A DNA stretch of 64,000 nucleotides from a virus: the IMG/VR virus record IMGVR_UViG_3300008954_000023, positions 30,151-94,150 of that record; one strand, given 5' to 3'. Below the pieces are notes generated by a model, which did not search any database, had not been told where the DNA came from, and saw nothing but the letters and a program-made list of their open reading frames with translations. Shown in pieces: positions 41,401 to 49,603 of the stretch; within the stretch, counting starts at the first letter, position 1; the number at the start of each line of letters is the position of its first letter. Position numbers and translations under genes: made by a program.

Positions 41401-44004
41401 GGCAAGAGCAAGAACCGTGTCTACGAGTGGGCACAGTCCGGCGGCCGTGGTGGTTGGAACCAGTTTGGCCAGATGGTCTTCGGCCCGATGCTCGTCACCG
41501 ATCCGGAGAAGCGTCCAGTCCCTGTCCCGCTCACGAAGTCTTACGGCGAGGGTCTTCCCATCTCGCAGTACATGGCCGCGATGCACGGAGCCCGAAAGGG
41601 AACCCTGGACCGCGCAGCAGGTACGCGAGACCCTGGTGCCCTGACTAAGGACATCATCAACACCGTCATCGACTACAAGGTCTCGGCCGAGGACTGCGGC
41701 TCTACGCGTGGCACGAAGATGCCAACCGCGAGCGTGGACACGGCGGACAGGTACCTCATCACCCCGGTCAAGTTGAAGGATGGCACGACCATTCAGGCAG
41801 GCACGCTTCTGACCTCGCCACTCCTGACCCGGATGCGGAACTCTGGAGTCAAGGAGGCACACGTCCGTTCACCCTTGCACTGCAAGATGTCGAAGGGGAT
41901 CTGCCAGCACTGCCTCGGCCTCTCCGAGCGAGGGAAGCATCACGATGTAGGTACCAACGTGGGGGTCATCTCTGGCCACGCGCTGGGAGAACCGGTCACA
42001 CAGCTCACCATGCGGTGCAACGCTGCAGGGAACTTGGTCCGTATACGCGCCGGGGAGGACATCTTTACCTGCTCTCTGGAGCAGCTCTGGCAGTCCATTC
42101 CCGGTACGGTTCGCGTGGATGACGACCCCGGACATACGCGAATCGAGACGAAGGCAACGCCAGGTTTGGAGGTATGGGACCAGACCGGGTGGACGAGGAT
42201 TCGTACGATCCAGAGACATCAGCAGGATGACGAGATGTACATCTCTCGTACATCATCGGGACGTGCCTTCGTATCGCAGGGGAACCATCCGAACTGGGCC
42301 CGCCAGAACGCTCCTGCGTGTACCTCTTGCGGGTGTGAAGAGCCTCACAAGTTCAACAGCCGGCACCAGCGCAGAGGCGAGGACATGGTCACGCTCCGAT
42401 GCGTGGAGTGCGACCATCGTTTCACGGTCCGGAAGGGTGAGTACGAGCGGGGCCAGGAGCGGGTGGTCTACACAGAGAATCTCCAGGGCCTGCTGATCGG
42501 AGTCTCGGAGGCGCCCAAAGACACCGTGCCTTTCGAGCTTCCGATGCCTCCGTACCTGATGGGTATGTGGCTCGCAGAAGGGTGCTTCCGCCATGAGAAG
42601 AACAAGACTCTCCGACTGGAAGAGGGAACGCAGCGACGGGTCAAGCGTAGTCACACGAACTACCGGAAGCTCCACTCACTGATCATTACTCAGAAGCCTG
42701 GAGTGATTCACGACCAGATCCTCCAGGAGCTCGATGAAGCGGGCATCTCGTACCATGTCTCTGGCAAGAACATCATCTTTGGAGATGTAGAGCTTTGCCA
42801 GCGACTATGGGGCTGCGGAAGCAAGGCATCTGAGAAGCAGCTTCCTCCCGGATTCCTTGCGATGTCGAAGGAATCCATCATGGAGTTTTTGGCGGGATAC
42901 TACGACGGAGACGGTACTTGCGACCCAGGTGAGACACGCTTCTCTTTCGACACTACGAGCTGGACTCTCGCGTCTCAGGTTGCAGAGCTTGTACGCGCGA
43001 TAGACGGAGTGGCGAGTCTCTACAAAACCCCGTGGAGAGGTACCTCTCAGAACCAAGGCTACCGCGTCAATGCAGCCCTCTATGAGCCTTTGCCGTCTGT
43101 GAAGGGCCACCCGCTTCGGACAAGCCTCAACTCTGAGTTCGACGATTACGAACAGGTATCTGCCGTGCAAGAGGTTGAATACGGAGGGGGCTTCGTGTAC
43201 GACATCGCTACAGAGACGAGGGCTTTCTCGTCGAACGGGGTTCGCACTCACAACACCTTCCATACCGGTGGATCGGTCGGCAACGATGGTGTCGTGGATG
43301 CCTTCCAGCGGGTGAAGCAGCTCTTCTTTGTTCCGAAGAGGCTTCCAGGATCTGCGGCCTTGGCGACGGTCTCCGGCCAGGTGTCCCTGGTCCGACAGAA
43401 TCCTCTCGGAGGCTACGACGTTGTCATCGAAGGGAAGACGCACCGTGTCATCGAAGGGAAGGTGCTGCCGAGCATCCGAAAGGGTGTGCATGTCAAGAAG
43501 GGTGATCCACTCTCCTCCGGCTCCATCAATCCGCATGAGCTCCTGCAGCAGACCAGGAGCATGGGGCGGGTTCGTGACTACCTGACTACTGAGGTTTCCA
43601 AGGCGTATGGCGGGTCCGTACGTCGTCGGCATGTGGAGACGGTGGTGAGGGCCATGACGAACCTCACCATGGTCAACTCTGCTCCACCAGACTCCGGCCT
43701 GATGCGCGGCCAGCTCACGCCCTTGTCACGCGTGAAGGCGTACAACGAGGAGGCCAAGGCCGAGGGGAAGCCGACCATCCTTCATACGCCTCAGCTCCGT
43801 CCCATGACGGAGATGCCATTGGCAGGTAAGGAAGACTGGATGGCGCGGTTGAACTACCGTCGCCTGAAGGAGACGTACCAGGAAGGTGCAGCACAGGGCT
43901 GGGCCTCGGACATTCACGGAGATCATCCGATTCCTGGTCTGGCTCATGGTGCGGAGTTCGGGCTGAAGCCCTATGAGCCTCCGAAGGTTCCCGGGAGACG
44001 GTGA
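35467..44004 (+). CDS. rpoBC: Single-polypeptide DNA-directed RNA polymerase (beta-beta' fusion) with two inteins
   Basis: Beta motifs: HLGFLDPIQTPE, NRTMTGSKMQEQA, FEDS, GDKLAGRYGNKGVV, SRMNLGQ, KLHH, GGQK. Beta' motifs: WGHIKL, LGRRQDLSGRSVI, KRDPALH, FNADFDGD, HGARKG, GEPVTQLTMR|TFHTGG, RHVET. Confidence 0.96.
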   Translation: MAKLDTRALFESIKTRTTAEIRQQFPFEGRTRRLELVDIKVEDQARLPADLHHTDNIEAQAHAKAKGRTWGVPVRATLRLVDKSTGKPVDQQSLVILRLPKITSRYSYIIAGQERQHDSLFRSKPRPYHRIANNGDIQARWNLARGLGFDITYEPKKGRFLMRFGTSNVPMHPILQALGVSDAKMRQTWGEAVFAANQRAGRRERDVTKAFTALRLMPPGQKRATHEQKVALLRKYFTEETEVWPDAMKSVFGKEYSNVNGENLLLSSKRLLKIQKGRSKDAPPIDERPDDRQSLSTKYLATTEDFIIESIRKQSRDLRRKVLSKIDREDARISDIISASLFNKVVHGVFDHAQRPDQTNPLQFLSGHMRTTIRGAAFGGVGSTRVNLDKDKQINPTHLGFLDPIQTPECWPGHAEVFTKEGWIRWDQTANDTEFLCRQEGKTFFQAAVRVHRGPYSGDLYCLEHGKISYEVTPNHRMWVDTVSGPSSWRFSTASRVHGKTRRFDTGHSPAEGELREFTLPVVPGNNSSKNVEEPIDIEDWAEFMGWFLSEGTVHYREDKSRYNVRIAQVAWKNLAEYEAIEALLDRLPFNWHWDGEGKSFGISTKQLAHYLRQFGKAHEKFIPDYFFDATTEAREALLEALLLGDGRIGSVRKDGRSYEQQVYTTTSPQLAIDVERLAVSLGYPTKISRYEDNREDRYLDVYEVRLLQHRYRTATPRHPNYPSRYHRKKYSGQVYCATVPGGLLYCRMPGKVGFWSGNSDETGIALHLPLGVQLTPAKQQKGKSRVSPGHELNTKVYDRKKKDWVLATPADLERENVAYPDQVKWTNGRPTPVSRDVVCYDSERGTSSRPWAQVRYILPSSKALLSFSANLIPFLGSNSGNRTMTGSKMQEQAVALKDREAPLVQTKTDGKMTFESALGTTSSHRSPVAGTITRVTKDAIFIRPSSGGKAVKVPIYNHFPLNGKKGMIHAEPVVKKGQKVKEGDLLADTSFTKGGTLAMGKNLRTAYIPWKGLTFEDSVVISESASKKLTSSHLHKESVTFYTGMLGGKPGSKAKWVDYALPERTTADKLAKLDDAGIVNVGTKVVDGDVLIAVLSPSQQTKEDAILKSIHRSLVRDYRDRSVVWHHDYPGTVVKVTRAGKKVTVHVKTEEPMTIGDKLAGRYGNKGVVGRVVPDKEMPRTKDGKPLDVLFNPATVVSRMNLGQVLETAASKIARKTGKPFVVENFAAGVDHTQQVKDALKKHGLSDTEEVIDPATGKPIGQVLTGEQYIMKLHHMVDKAMTARSYGTYTSSGAAPAGSGIPGGGQKMDALATYALLAHGAKHNLRDAQTIKSDGDQEEVWDAVMLGRPLPPPKPTRGMTNMLSYMRAMGIDTEKKGNNYVISPLTDKQALAISNGEIKMPHKALYAKGARTLEEARGLFDPRVTGGMDGPYWGHIKLQERMPNPMFQGAIQSLLGITDRQYKELVGPKLQKDGSSGFDVINQRLGAINVDRELAATQAQLPKLTESKLNKARKKVKYLQALKKLKVSPVDAYTSKVVPVIPPTMRKISIGLDGKQILDDLNGLYLSVGQANAALKNADPSTPRSELQKSKAHLYQATAGLRMTGTSIGGRHHRGLMERLIGKVQGVGQPKHSLFQSGVLGRRQDLSGRSVIIPEPDMGLDEVGIPIPMAMEMYRPFVVRELVREGTAPLDADKLIDKNDPRTLHALKRAVADRPVLMKRDPALHKFSVMGFKPKLVSGKSIQIHPLVTGGFNADFDGDKMGLFVPASEEAKDEAQKLLPSKNLFSPTHFGLMPTPSQDSLHGIYLSTKWGRPVTVPKGTTRQQAVTMLRKGELKPSDVITIDGKKTTPGRLELASRLPPAMRDDARLLYDKNFKLDKKGMKAFLTDVARKHPKQFGVAVNAWKDQGNRVSFTAGASFSLNDFHDGKRARDRILAKYKRKEAEIRSSRKSRRQKDKAIVALYAKAQAELKAAGMEMYGKSKNRVYEWAQSGGRGGWNQFGQMVFGPMLVTDPEKRPVPVPLTKSYGEGLPISQYMAAMHGARKGTLDRAAGTRDPGALTKDIINTVIDYKVSAEDCGSTRGTKMPTASVDTADRYLITPVKLKDGTTIQAGTLLTSPLLTRMRNSGVKEAHVRSPLHCKMSKGICQHCLGLSERGKHHDVGTNVGVISGHALGEPVTQLTMRCNAAGNLVRIRAGEDIFTCSLEQLWQSIPGTVRVDDDPGHTRIETKATPGLEVWDQTGWTRIRTIQRHQQDDEMYISRTSSGRAFVSQGNHPNWARQNAPACTSCGCEEPHKFNSRHQRRGEDMVTLRCVECDHRFTVRKGEYERGQERVVYTENLQGLLIGVSEAPKDTVPFELPMPPYLMGMWLAEGCFRHEKNKTLRLEEGTQRRVKRSHTNYRKLHSLIITQKPGVIHDQILQELDEAGISYHVSGKNIIFGDVELCQRLWGCGSKASEKQLPPGFLAMSKESIMEFLAGYYDGDGTCDPGETRFSFDTTSWTLASQVAELVRAIDGVASLYKTPWRGTSQNQGYRVNAALYEPLPSVKGHPLRTSLNSEFDDYEQVSAVQEVEYGGGFVYDIATETRAFSSNGVRTHNTFHTGGSVGNDGVVDAFQRVKQLFFVPKRLPGSAALATVSGQVSLVRQNPLGGYDVVIEGKTHRVIEGKVLPSIRKGVHVKKGDPLSSGSINPHELLQQTRSMGRVRDYLTTEVSKAYGGSVRRRHVETVVRAMTNLTMVNSAPPDSGLMRGQLTPLSRVKAYNEEAKAEGKPTILHTPQLRPMTEMPLAGKEDWMARLNYRRLKETYQEGAAQGWASDIHGDHPIPGLAHGAEFGLKPYEPPKVPGRR
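36694..37743 (+). mobile_element. Intein 1 (350 aa, LAGLIDADG) in the RNAP beta TPE motif
   Basis: TPE|CWPG...VTPNH...FMGWFLSEG...LLLGDG...VYCATV...WSGN|S. Confidence 0.9.
42016..43254 (+). mobile_element. Intein 2 (413 aa, LAGLIDADG) in the RNAP beta' trigger loop
   Basis: LTMR|CNAAG...MGMWLAEG...FLAGYYDGDG...VYDI...RTHN|TFH. Confidence 0.92.
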
Positions 44005-44843
44005 TGTTGAAGCAGGGCAGGCATTTCACAGCCGAAGAGTTCGACCAGATGGTTGGAAGTCTTCGTGATCTTCGGAAGAAGCGGCAGGCGAAGGCCCACA
44101 GGCAGGTGCAGAAGTACGAGGCGAAGTCTACGGCCCGACGCGCGGGCGGCGTAGATGCTGCCACCGCAGAGAAGATGGATCGTGCACAAGCGCGATTGCG
44201 CGGCCGTGCGGAGTTTGTGAGTGGAGTGGGCAAAGAGCAACAAGCCCCGGCCAATATCCCCGAGCAATACCGTGAACAGGCCAAGAAGGACATCGCCAAG
44301 CAAACAAGACAGGGGTACAGGGGTCTGCTCGGGCGTGGCAAGGATTCCCCTCTGGTACGTCGCCATATCCCCGAAAACCCGGCCGCAGTCAAAGCTCGGA
44401 AGGCTGAGGAGCTTCGCGGGAAGCTAAAGACTCACTTCGCAGATCAGCATGCTGCTGAAGCGAAGGCCCAGCAGGACTTCGTCGACAAGGCCAAAGCCCG
44501 TCAGGTTGGTGGTACCCAATCCGCAGCTTCTGCGTCGAAGCCTCCTACGGTATCGGCCCCTACGCCGAAGCCTGAGACTCCCACGCCGAAGCCCGACGCT
44601 TCCACCACTTCTGGAGGGGGTAGCTCTACTTCGACTCCAGATGCTGCCAAGCCCAAGCCTCCTCCGAAGACCCCGTCGAAGGGCCTGCTCGGAGGTATGA
44701 AGCCCGGGACGAAGCGCGGTCTTCTGATTGGAGGCGGCGTGGCGACAGGTCTGGCAGGTCTGGCGGCCATCCGTTCTGCCACAGCACCAAAGACTCCGCC
44801 GCCTCCGAAGATGGCAGGTTTGGCGGCACTGATCTGGAAGTAG
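44001..44843 (+). CDS. Basic, Pro-rich protein with C-terminal Gly/Ala hydrophobic helix (putative internal virion protein)
   Basis: Coupled to the RNAP stop; GLLIGGGVATGLAGLAAI; terminal KMAG. Confidence 0.55.
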   Translation: MMLKQGRHFTAEEFDQMVGSLRDLRKKRQAKAHRQVQKYEAKSTARRAGGVDAATAEKMDRAQARLRGRAEFVSGVGKEQQAPANIPEQYREQAKKDIAKQTRQGYRGLLGRGKDSPLVRRHIPENPAAVKARKAEELRGKLKTHFADQHAAEAKAQQDFVDKAKARQVGGTQSAASASKPPTVSAPTPKPETPTPKPDASTTSGGGSSTSTPDAAKPKPPPKTPSKGLLGGMKPGTKRGLLIGGGVATGLAGLAAIRSATAPKTPPPPKMAGLAALIWK

Positions 44844-44846
44844 GCC

Positions 44847-46130
44847 ATGCGTCGTCGGTTCCCGCCTCATCGTGGTCGAGGACGAGGCGGCTACGCGGAC
44901 GTCCGCATCCTTGCTGCGCGCATCCTCGCAGTGAACCCGATGCTCTGGACGTGCCACCTCCGTACAGAGATCGGCGAACGGGACTTCCCTGACGTTCCTC
45001 TGGGCTCTCCCTACCTCCATCCTGCAGATGGGGAAGGCTTCCTCATCATGCCGGAGCCCGGAGCTGCGGTGTGGATGGCAGAGCCCTCGGAAGGCAACAC
45101 CAGGCCATTCATCGTGGCCTTCCGTTCCTACTTCAGCAAAGAGCCTGGTTCCGAGTCGAACCCGACACAGCTCAATGCCCGGATGAACCGTCCCAGGTTC
45201 AATCTTGGTGACATGGGCATCATTGGAAGGAACCGTAACGGCATCAAGGTTCGACGCGGCGGCGTCACGGAGGTTCTGGCCTCTCCTCTCTCTCGAAGGA
45301 TCTACTCAGCCCGTGGCCACATCATCCACGACATCTGTCAGAACTGGAAGCTGGACACTCTCGGCGGCTCCATACGATGGCTCGTGGCCCGAGAGGAGAA
45401 GGATCCTGAAGGGAAGCAGGGCACCCTCTTTGACCTGAAGGCCAAGGAGTACGCGAACCATAAGGGCCATGTCGTCCGTGCACGTCTTGGCGGACAGATC
45501 GTTGTCGGCTCCGAAGGTGATGCTGACGGAGGTGCCGGAGAGGCGGGTCCGGCTCCGGCTTCTTCAGAGCTCGTAGACACCCCTGTTCTCTACCTCCAGT
45601 TCTACGAGGACGGTGACAAGGCTGAGGATGATCTCTCACCGTCTGGTGCAGTGCTGGCAGACAAGGACGGGAACATTGAGCTGGCCTTCAAGGGGAAAGT
45701 CCGCATCGAGGTTCGCGGTGCGACAAATGCCACGCTTGAGCTCTCTCCCGGAGCTGTGAAGGTCGAGGCAGATGCGCAGGTCGACGTTGAGGCCCCGACC
45801 ATCAACTCGACTGCGACCGTCAAGGCGACAACGACTGCACCGGTCATTGAGGCCACAGCAGCTACGTCTGCCACTATCGCTGCTCCCACGGTTTCTCTTG
45901 TTGCTGGATCCTCTGCTATGACAGTGACAGAGGCCGGAGTGGCTGTCGGAGAGGGAAACGGCGGAGGGGCTCTGGTGGACAATGGCTATAGCCAGATGCT
46001 CTCCGCAGCTCTGGGAGAGATCGTCTTGATCGGCACGGCTGCAGGGCAGTCCACTACCGCCATCCAGGCTCTGATCTCTGCTGTGAATGCGGGGACGTTC
46101 ACGAGCTCGAAGTTCAAGACAGATATGTGA
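44847..46130 (+). CDS. Baseplate hub/spike (gp5/gpV-like) protein
   Basis: N-terminal OB-like 'MPEPGAAVWM'; C-terminal A/T/V-rich beta-helix repeats (V.VEAP.I...AT). Confidence 0.6.
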   Translation: MRRRFPPHRGRGRGGYADVRILAARILAVNPMLWTCHLRTEIGERDFPDVPLGSPYLHPADGEGFLIMPEPGAAVWMAEPSEGNTRPFIVAFRSYFSKEPGSESNPTQLNARMNRPRFNLGDMGIIGRNRNGIKVRRGGVTEVLASPLSRRIYSARGHIIHDICQNWKLDTLGGSIRWLVAREEKDPEGKQGTLFDLKAKEYANHKGHVVRARLGGQIVVGSEGDADGGAGEAGPAPASSELVDTPVLYLQFYEDGDKAEDDLSPSGAVLADKDGNIELAFKGKVRIEVRGATNATLELSPGAVKVEADAQVDVEAPTINSTATVKATTTAPVIEATAATSATIAAPTVSLVAGSSAMTVTEAGVAVGEGNGGGALVDNGYSQMLSAALGEIVLIGTAAGQSTTAIQALISAVNAGTFTSSKFKTDM

Positions 46131-46198
46131 CCATGGCCCGCGGGAGCGGGCAGCAACGGGTGTTATTCTTAGCGATGCACCCAACAGGAGCAGCCGGG

Positions 46199-46819
46199 AT
46201 GTCCATCGCCACGCATGAGCCTCTCTTCCTCCGCGAGTACACCGTCCATGACCTGTTCGAAGGGGAGAAGCGGGCCTCACTCGTCAAGATGCCCGACGAT
46301 GAGAAGAAGTGGCCGCCGTTCATCCTCTCCTCCCTTCAGCGGGAGTTCCCCTTCCTCGCTGAGTACGACCTCGAGATCGTCCTCGACCGTGTGGAGCCAG
46401 AGGCAGGGGCTGCTCTCGGCTACGTCCAGGTTCGGAACCGCACCCGTGCGCGGCCGCAGGACGTGGGAGCTTTCGGCAACATCATCCGTATCCCCATCAT
46501 CATCCAGGACCGGCGGCTTCAGAAGTTTCTGGTCTTCGAGACGGGAGGCCAGACCTACCCCATGACTGAGGAGCGGGTGAAGCAGGCAATGATCGATCCA
46601 GGCATCTTCGACACCACCGTCGGCAAGACCCCAGGCTCCCCAAGCATCGTCGACCAGCTCTTCCCGCCGTACCAGCAGCGGCAGGGCTTCGGCCGGGTGG
46701 TGGAGCCTGCAGCAGGAGGGATCTCGAAGGTCTCCGCGGCGCCTCTGGAGGACGGCGGCCACACGACGAAGACGGCCTCCTCCTCGATTCGTGCGCGTTT
46801 GCGGCTGGTCGCTCGTTGA
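46199..46819 (+). CDS. Hypothetical virion protein
   Basis: AGGAG RBS; EKRAS, KTAS; high GC3. Confidence 0.65.
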   Translation: MSIATHEPLFLREYTVHDLFEGEKRASLVKMPDDEKKWPPFILSSLQREFPFLAEYDLEIVLDRVEPEAGAALGYVQVRNRTRARPQDVGAFGNIIRIPIIIQDRRLQKFLVFETGGQTYPMTEERVKQAMIDPGIFDTTVGKTPGSPSIVDQLFPPYQQRQGFGRVVEPAAGGISKVSAAPLEDGGHTTKTASSSIRARLRLVAR

Positions 46820-47706
46820 TGGACCTTCTTGTCCTACAGGCATTCACCAAGGCGGCTGCAGAGAGCGAGCGAAGACGTCGCATAGCTCGTAGTACAGCCA
46901 TAGGAGCCGCAACAGGTGCAAGCGTCGGAATGGCGTGGCCCTTTGCGGCTATGTACTTGTCGCGAGGGCTTGGTGTACCGAGCTTCCGTCAAGTTCCTGC
47001 AACGACGCTTGCGGGTGCTGGCATTGGCCGTCTGGCGGCGACTCTAAGGAAAGAAGCGAAGCGTGACTTCCATCCCGTAAAGGTGGAGGCTCCGAAGAAG
47101 AAGAGGAAGAAGTTCCCCTTCCAAGGCTTCGTTGACTTCCAAGGTTTGAAGATCGACATCGAGAACAAGAAGGGCTCTTACAGAGAAGGCAAGTCACCCG
47201 AAGGGAAGAAGTGGCGAACCTACATGCACTGTGCGTACGGAGAGATTCGAGGCACAGAGGGCTCGGATGGCGACAAGCTCGATGTCTATGTGGGTGATAA
47301 CCACGACTCTCCGCTCGTAGTCGTCATCCACCAGCAGGATCCGAAGACCAAGAAGTACGATGAAGACAAGGTCATGATCGGCTTTGACACTGTCGCTACG
47401 GCTATCAAAGCCTACAAGCGTCAGTACGATCGTCCAGGGTTCTACCAGTCACACACTACGATGCAGATGGGCCGCTTCTGGCGATGGGTCCATGACCGTT
47501 CGAAGCACGGTAAGAAGGTGGCGAGTCGTGAGCGTAGGGGACGGATGAGTCGCGAGCTGCGCGATCCCCGTCTGTATTCAAACCTTCGAGGGGCGATGGC
47601 TCTGGAGTCTGCCAAGAAGAGGGTTGCTGCGCACAAGGGACTGGCCAAAGGTGATGGAACTATTCGCTCAGCAGTCAGGAAGGGTCTTCTACGAGAACGA
47701 CGCTAA
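46816..47706 (+). CDS. Protein with inorganic pyrophosphatase-like domain
   Basis: IDIENKKGSYREG...W...M..AYGEIRGTEGSDGDKLDVYVG...DEDKVMIGF, typical of phage/polyvalent-protein InPase domains. Confidence 0.8.
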   Translation: MMDLLVLQAFTKAAAESERRRRIARSTAIGAATGASVGMAWPFAAMYLSRGLGVPSFRQVPATTLAGAGIGRLAATLRKEAKRDFHPVKVEAPKKKRKKFPFQGFVDFQGLKIDIENKKGSYREGKSPEGKKWRTYMHCAYGEIRGTEGSDGDKLDVYVGDNHDSPLVVVIHQQDPKTKKYDEDKVMIGFDTVATAIKAYKRQYDRPGFYQSHTTMQMGRFWRWVHDRSKHGKKVASRERRGRMSRELRDPRLYSNLRGAMALESAKKRVAAHKGLAKGDGTIRSAVRKGLLRERR

Positions 47707-47848
47707 GGAATAGCAAGAAAAGCTATGGTTCTTGCTCTGGCCACTGGCTCTGAAGCGTGTAGATGAGGTACGCTTAGGGCAGTGGAGTCGTCTATGGTAC
47801 GCGGTGTGTAGCTGAGAAGCGTTATACTCGGGCCAGGAGAACCTTCAA

Positions 47849-49603
47849 ATGCCTTCCCTTCATCAGTCTGGTCCCTCGAAAGAGGCTCGTTGGCGGAACA
47901 CGCCCATGTCGCTTCAGGAGCGGGATGCCTGGGAGAGGCAGCTCAAGGCGGCCCAGGAGAAGAAGCACGAGGCGAAGAAGCTCAAAGGCACTCGCCTCGC
48001 CCACGGAATGAGGGCCATGCAGAACAGCTTTCAATCGCAGACCCCGAAGGCCCGGCTGACTCGTCGGCTTGGCCTGGGTGTGGTGAAGAAGGGCTCTCTC
48101 TGTGAGGCCATCGCCGGGACCATCAATCGCTCGGACTTCGCCCGCATCGACGTGGTCTACGAGGAGAGTCCTGCAGTTCAGCAGCTCCTGCCGAAGTCGG
48201 CGGGGGTGATGACTGCGTTGCGGGGCCTGACCTCGCAGCCTGTGACGACTGGCGAAGAGGTGCTCGAGCGGTCGCTGAAGCTCGCCTCCCGTCCGCAGTT
48301 CGATGTCATCCAGCTTCGCGTGGACGGCTACGGCTACATCCTGAAGCACTCGGCAGCTCCGAAGGGTGTGAAGCCTCAGGAGCGGAAGGTGTCCAAGGAG
48401 GCGGCGCAGAAGGCCCTCCCCCAGGAGATGGTCAACACTGCAGATCAGCAGGGTGTGGCAACCGTCACGGAGGTTCAGGCTGCTCCCGACCCGATGCAGG
48501 AGCAGCCCCAGGCTGTGACGCAGTTCGGCATGTACAAGGTGACGGAGGCCACAGGCGGGCAGCTCGTCGGCTTCGTCATCCCGCAGCTCTTCGATCCGGT
48601 GCAAGGTGTTCCGGTACAGCAAGGCCTCTTCTTCACGGGCGGCCAGTACGCTCTCGCTCCGCAGTTCCAGGGCGTCCTCACGGGCGTGAGCCACAATCTT
48701 CCGGAGAGCGGAGAGCCTCGAGGTCTCGGCATCTTCTACCACACCGACGGCAAGGGTCTCCTGGCCACGGTGCCCTACACCATCATCTCCAAGGTGACGG
48801 CAGAGGGTGTGCCGTACTACGCGGCGCAGACGCAGACGGGTGATGAGGTTCAGGTCAAGATCTCTCAGGAGATCGTGCGGCCGCTTGCGGCGACTCCGGG
48901 TGAGATCATCATCCCGGCCAACTTCAAGTGGCTCGCCCTCGACAACGAGGTGCAGCTCATCGGGCCGGAGGCGGACCCGATGGCGGCACAGAAGGCGGCG
49001 TCGGTCGGCACCCTGTGTGAGATCCGTGCCTGGAGGCACGAGCTGGGGGCGGGTGGCGGTGTGGACCTGCAGGGACCGGTGTTCTCGAAGCTCGGTTCCG
49101 GGACGCACACCTGGGCGGATGGCCTGTTCTACCTGGCTGCAGCCGGGATGCCACAGAACCTGGCCCTGGCCTGCATCGACAAGGCGGCTTCGTCGGGACA
49201 GGTCGTGAAGATGTACGGCCTGGCCCCACTGACAGATCACGACGACATGCTGAAGGATGCGGCCGCAGAAGCAGTGGCAGACTTCAAGCGTCTCGATCTG
49301 CCAGAGCGGCCACTTCTGCTGAAGGAGGCCCTCGCCATCGAGAGCACCAAGGAGGCTCGTGCTCTGGTCGGTACCAATGCTGTAGACCATCTCCTGGCCC
49401 TGAACTTCATCAACCCGGAGAACGTGGAGACCTTCGTCGAGTACCTGCCTGAGCTTGAGGACACTGCGTCCAAGCTGGCCCAGCTCACTTTCGCCGTGCA
49501 GCTCGGTCTCCAGAGTGTACCGAAGACGGCAGCCATCCATGCCATGCGGTCGCTCGATGCTGTCATCGCTTCGCTGAAGGCTCTGCGTCAGTACAAGGTG
49601 TGA
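47849..49603 (+). CDS. Hypothetical virion protein, K-x-A rich
   Basis: AGGAG RBS; high GC3; KLAS, KAAS twice, KEAL, KTAA. Confidence 0.7.
   Translation: MPSLHQSGPSKEARWRNTPMSLQERDAWERQLKAAQEKKHEAKKLKGTRLAHGMRAMQNSFQSQTPKARLTRRLGLGVVKKGSLCEAIAGTINRSDFARIDVVYEESPAVQQLLPKSAGVMTALRGLTSQPVTTGEEVLERSLKLASRPQFDVIQLRVDGYGYILKHSAAPKGVKPQERKVSKEAAQKALPQEMVNTADQQGVATVTEVQAAPDPMQEQPQAVTQFGMYKVTEATGGQLVGFVIPQLFDPVQGVPVQQGLFFTGGQYALAPQFQGVLTGVSHNLPESGEPRGLGIFYHTDGKGLLATVPYTIISKVTAEGVPYYAAQTQTGDEVQVKISQEIVRPLAATPGEIIIPANFKWLALDNEVQLIGPEADPMAAQKAASVGTLCEIRAWRHELGAGGGVDLQGPVFSKLGSGTHTWADGLFYLAAAGMPQNLALACIDKAASSGQVVKMYGLAPLTDHDDMLKDAAAEAVADFKRLDLPERPLLLKEALAIESTKEARALVGTNAVDHLLALNFINPENVETFVEYLPELEDTASKLAQLTFAVQLGLQSVPKTAAIHAMRSLDAVIASLKALRQYKV

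Noticed and set aside
35467-44004. Host chromosomal rpoB-rpoC locus
   Set aside because: No ribosomal protein or nusG synteny; flanked by portal, spike and terminase genes; sequence is reduced and divergent.
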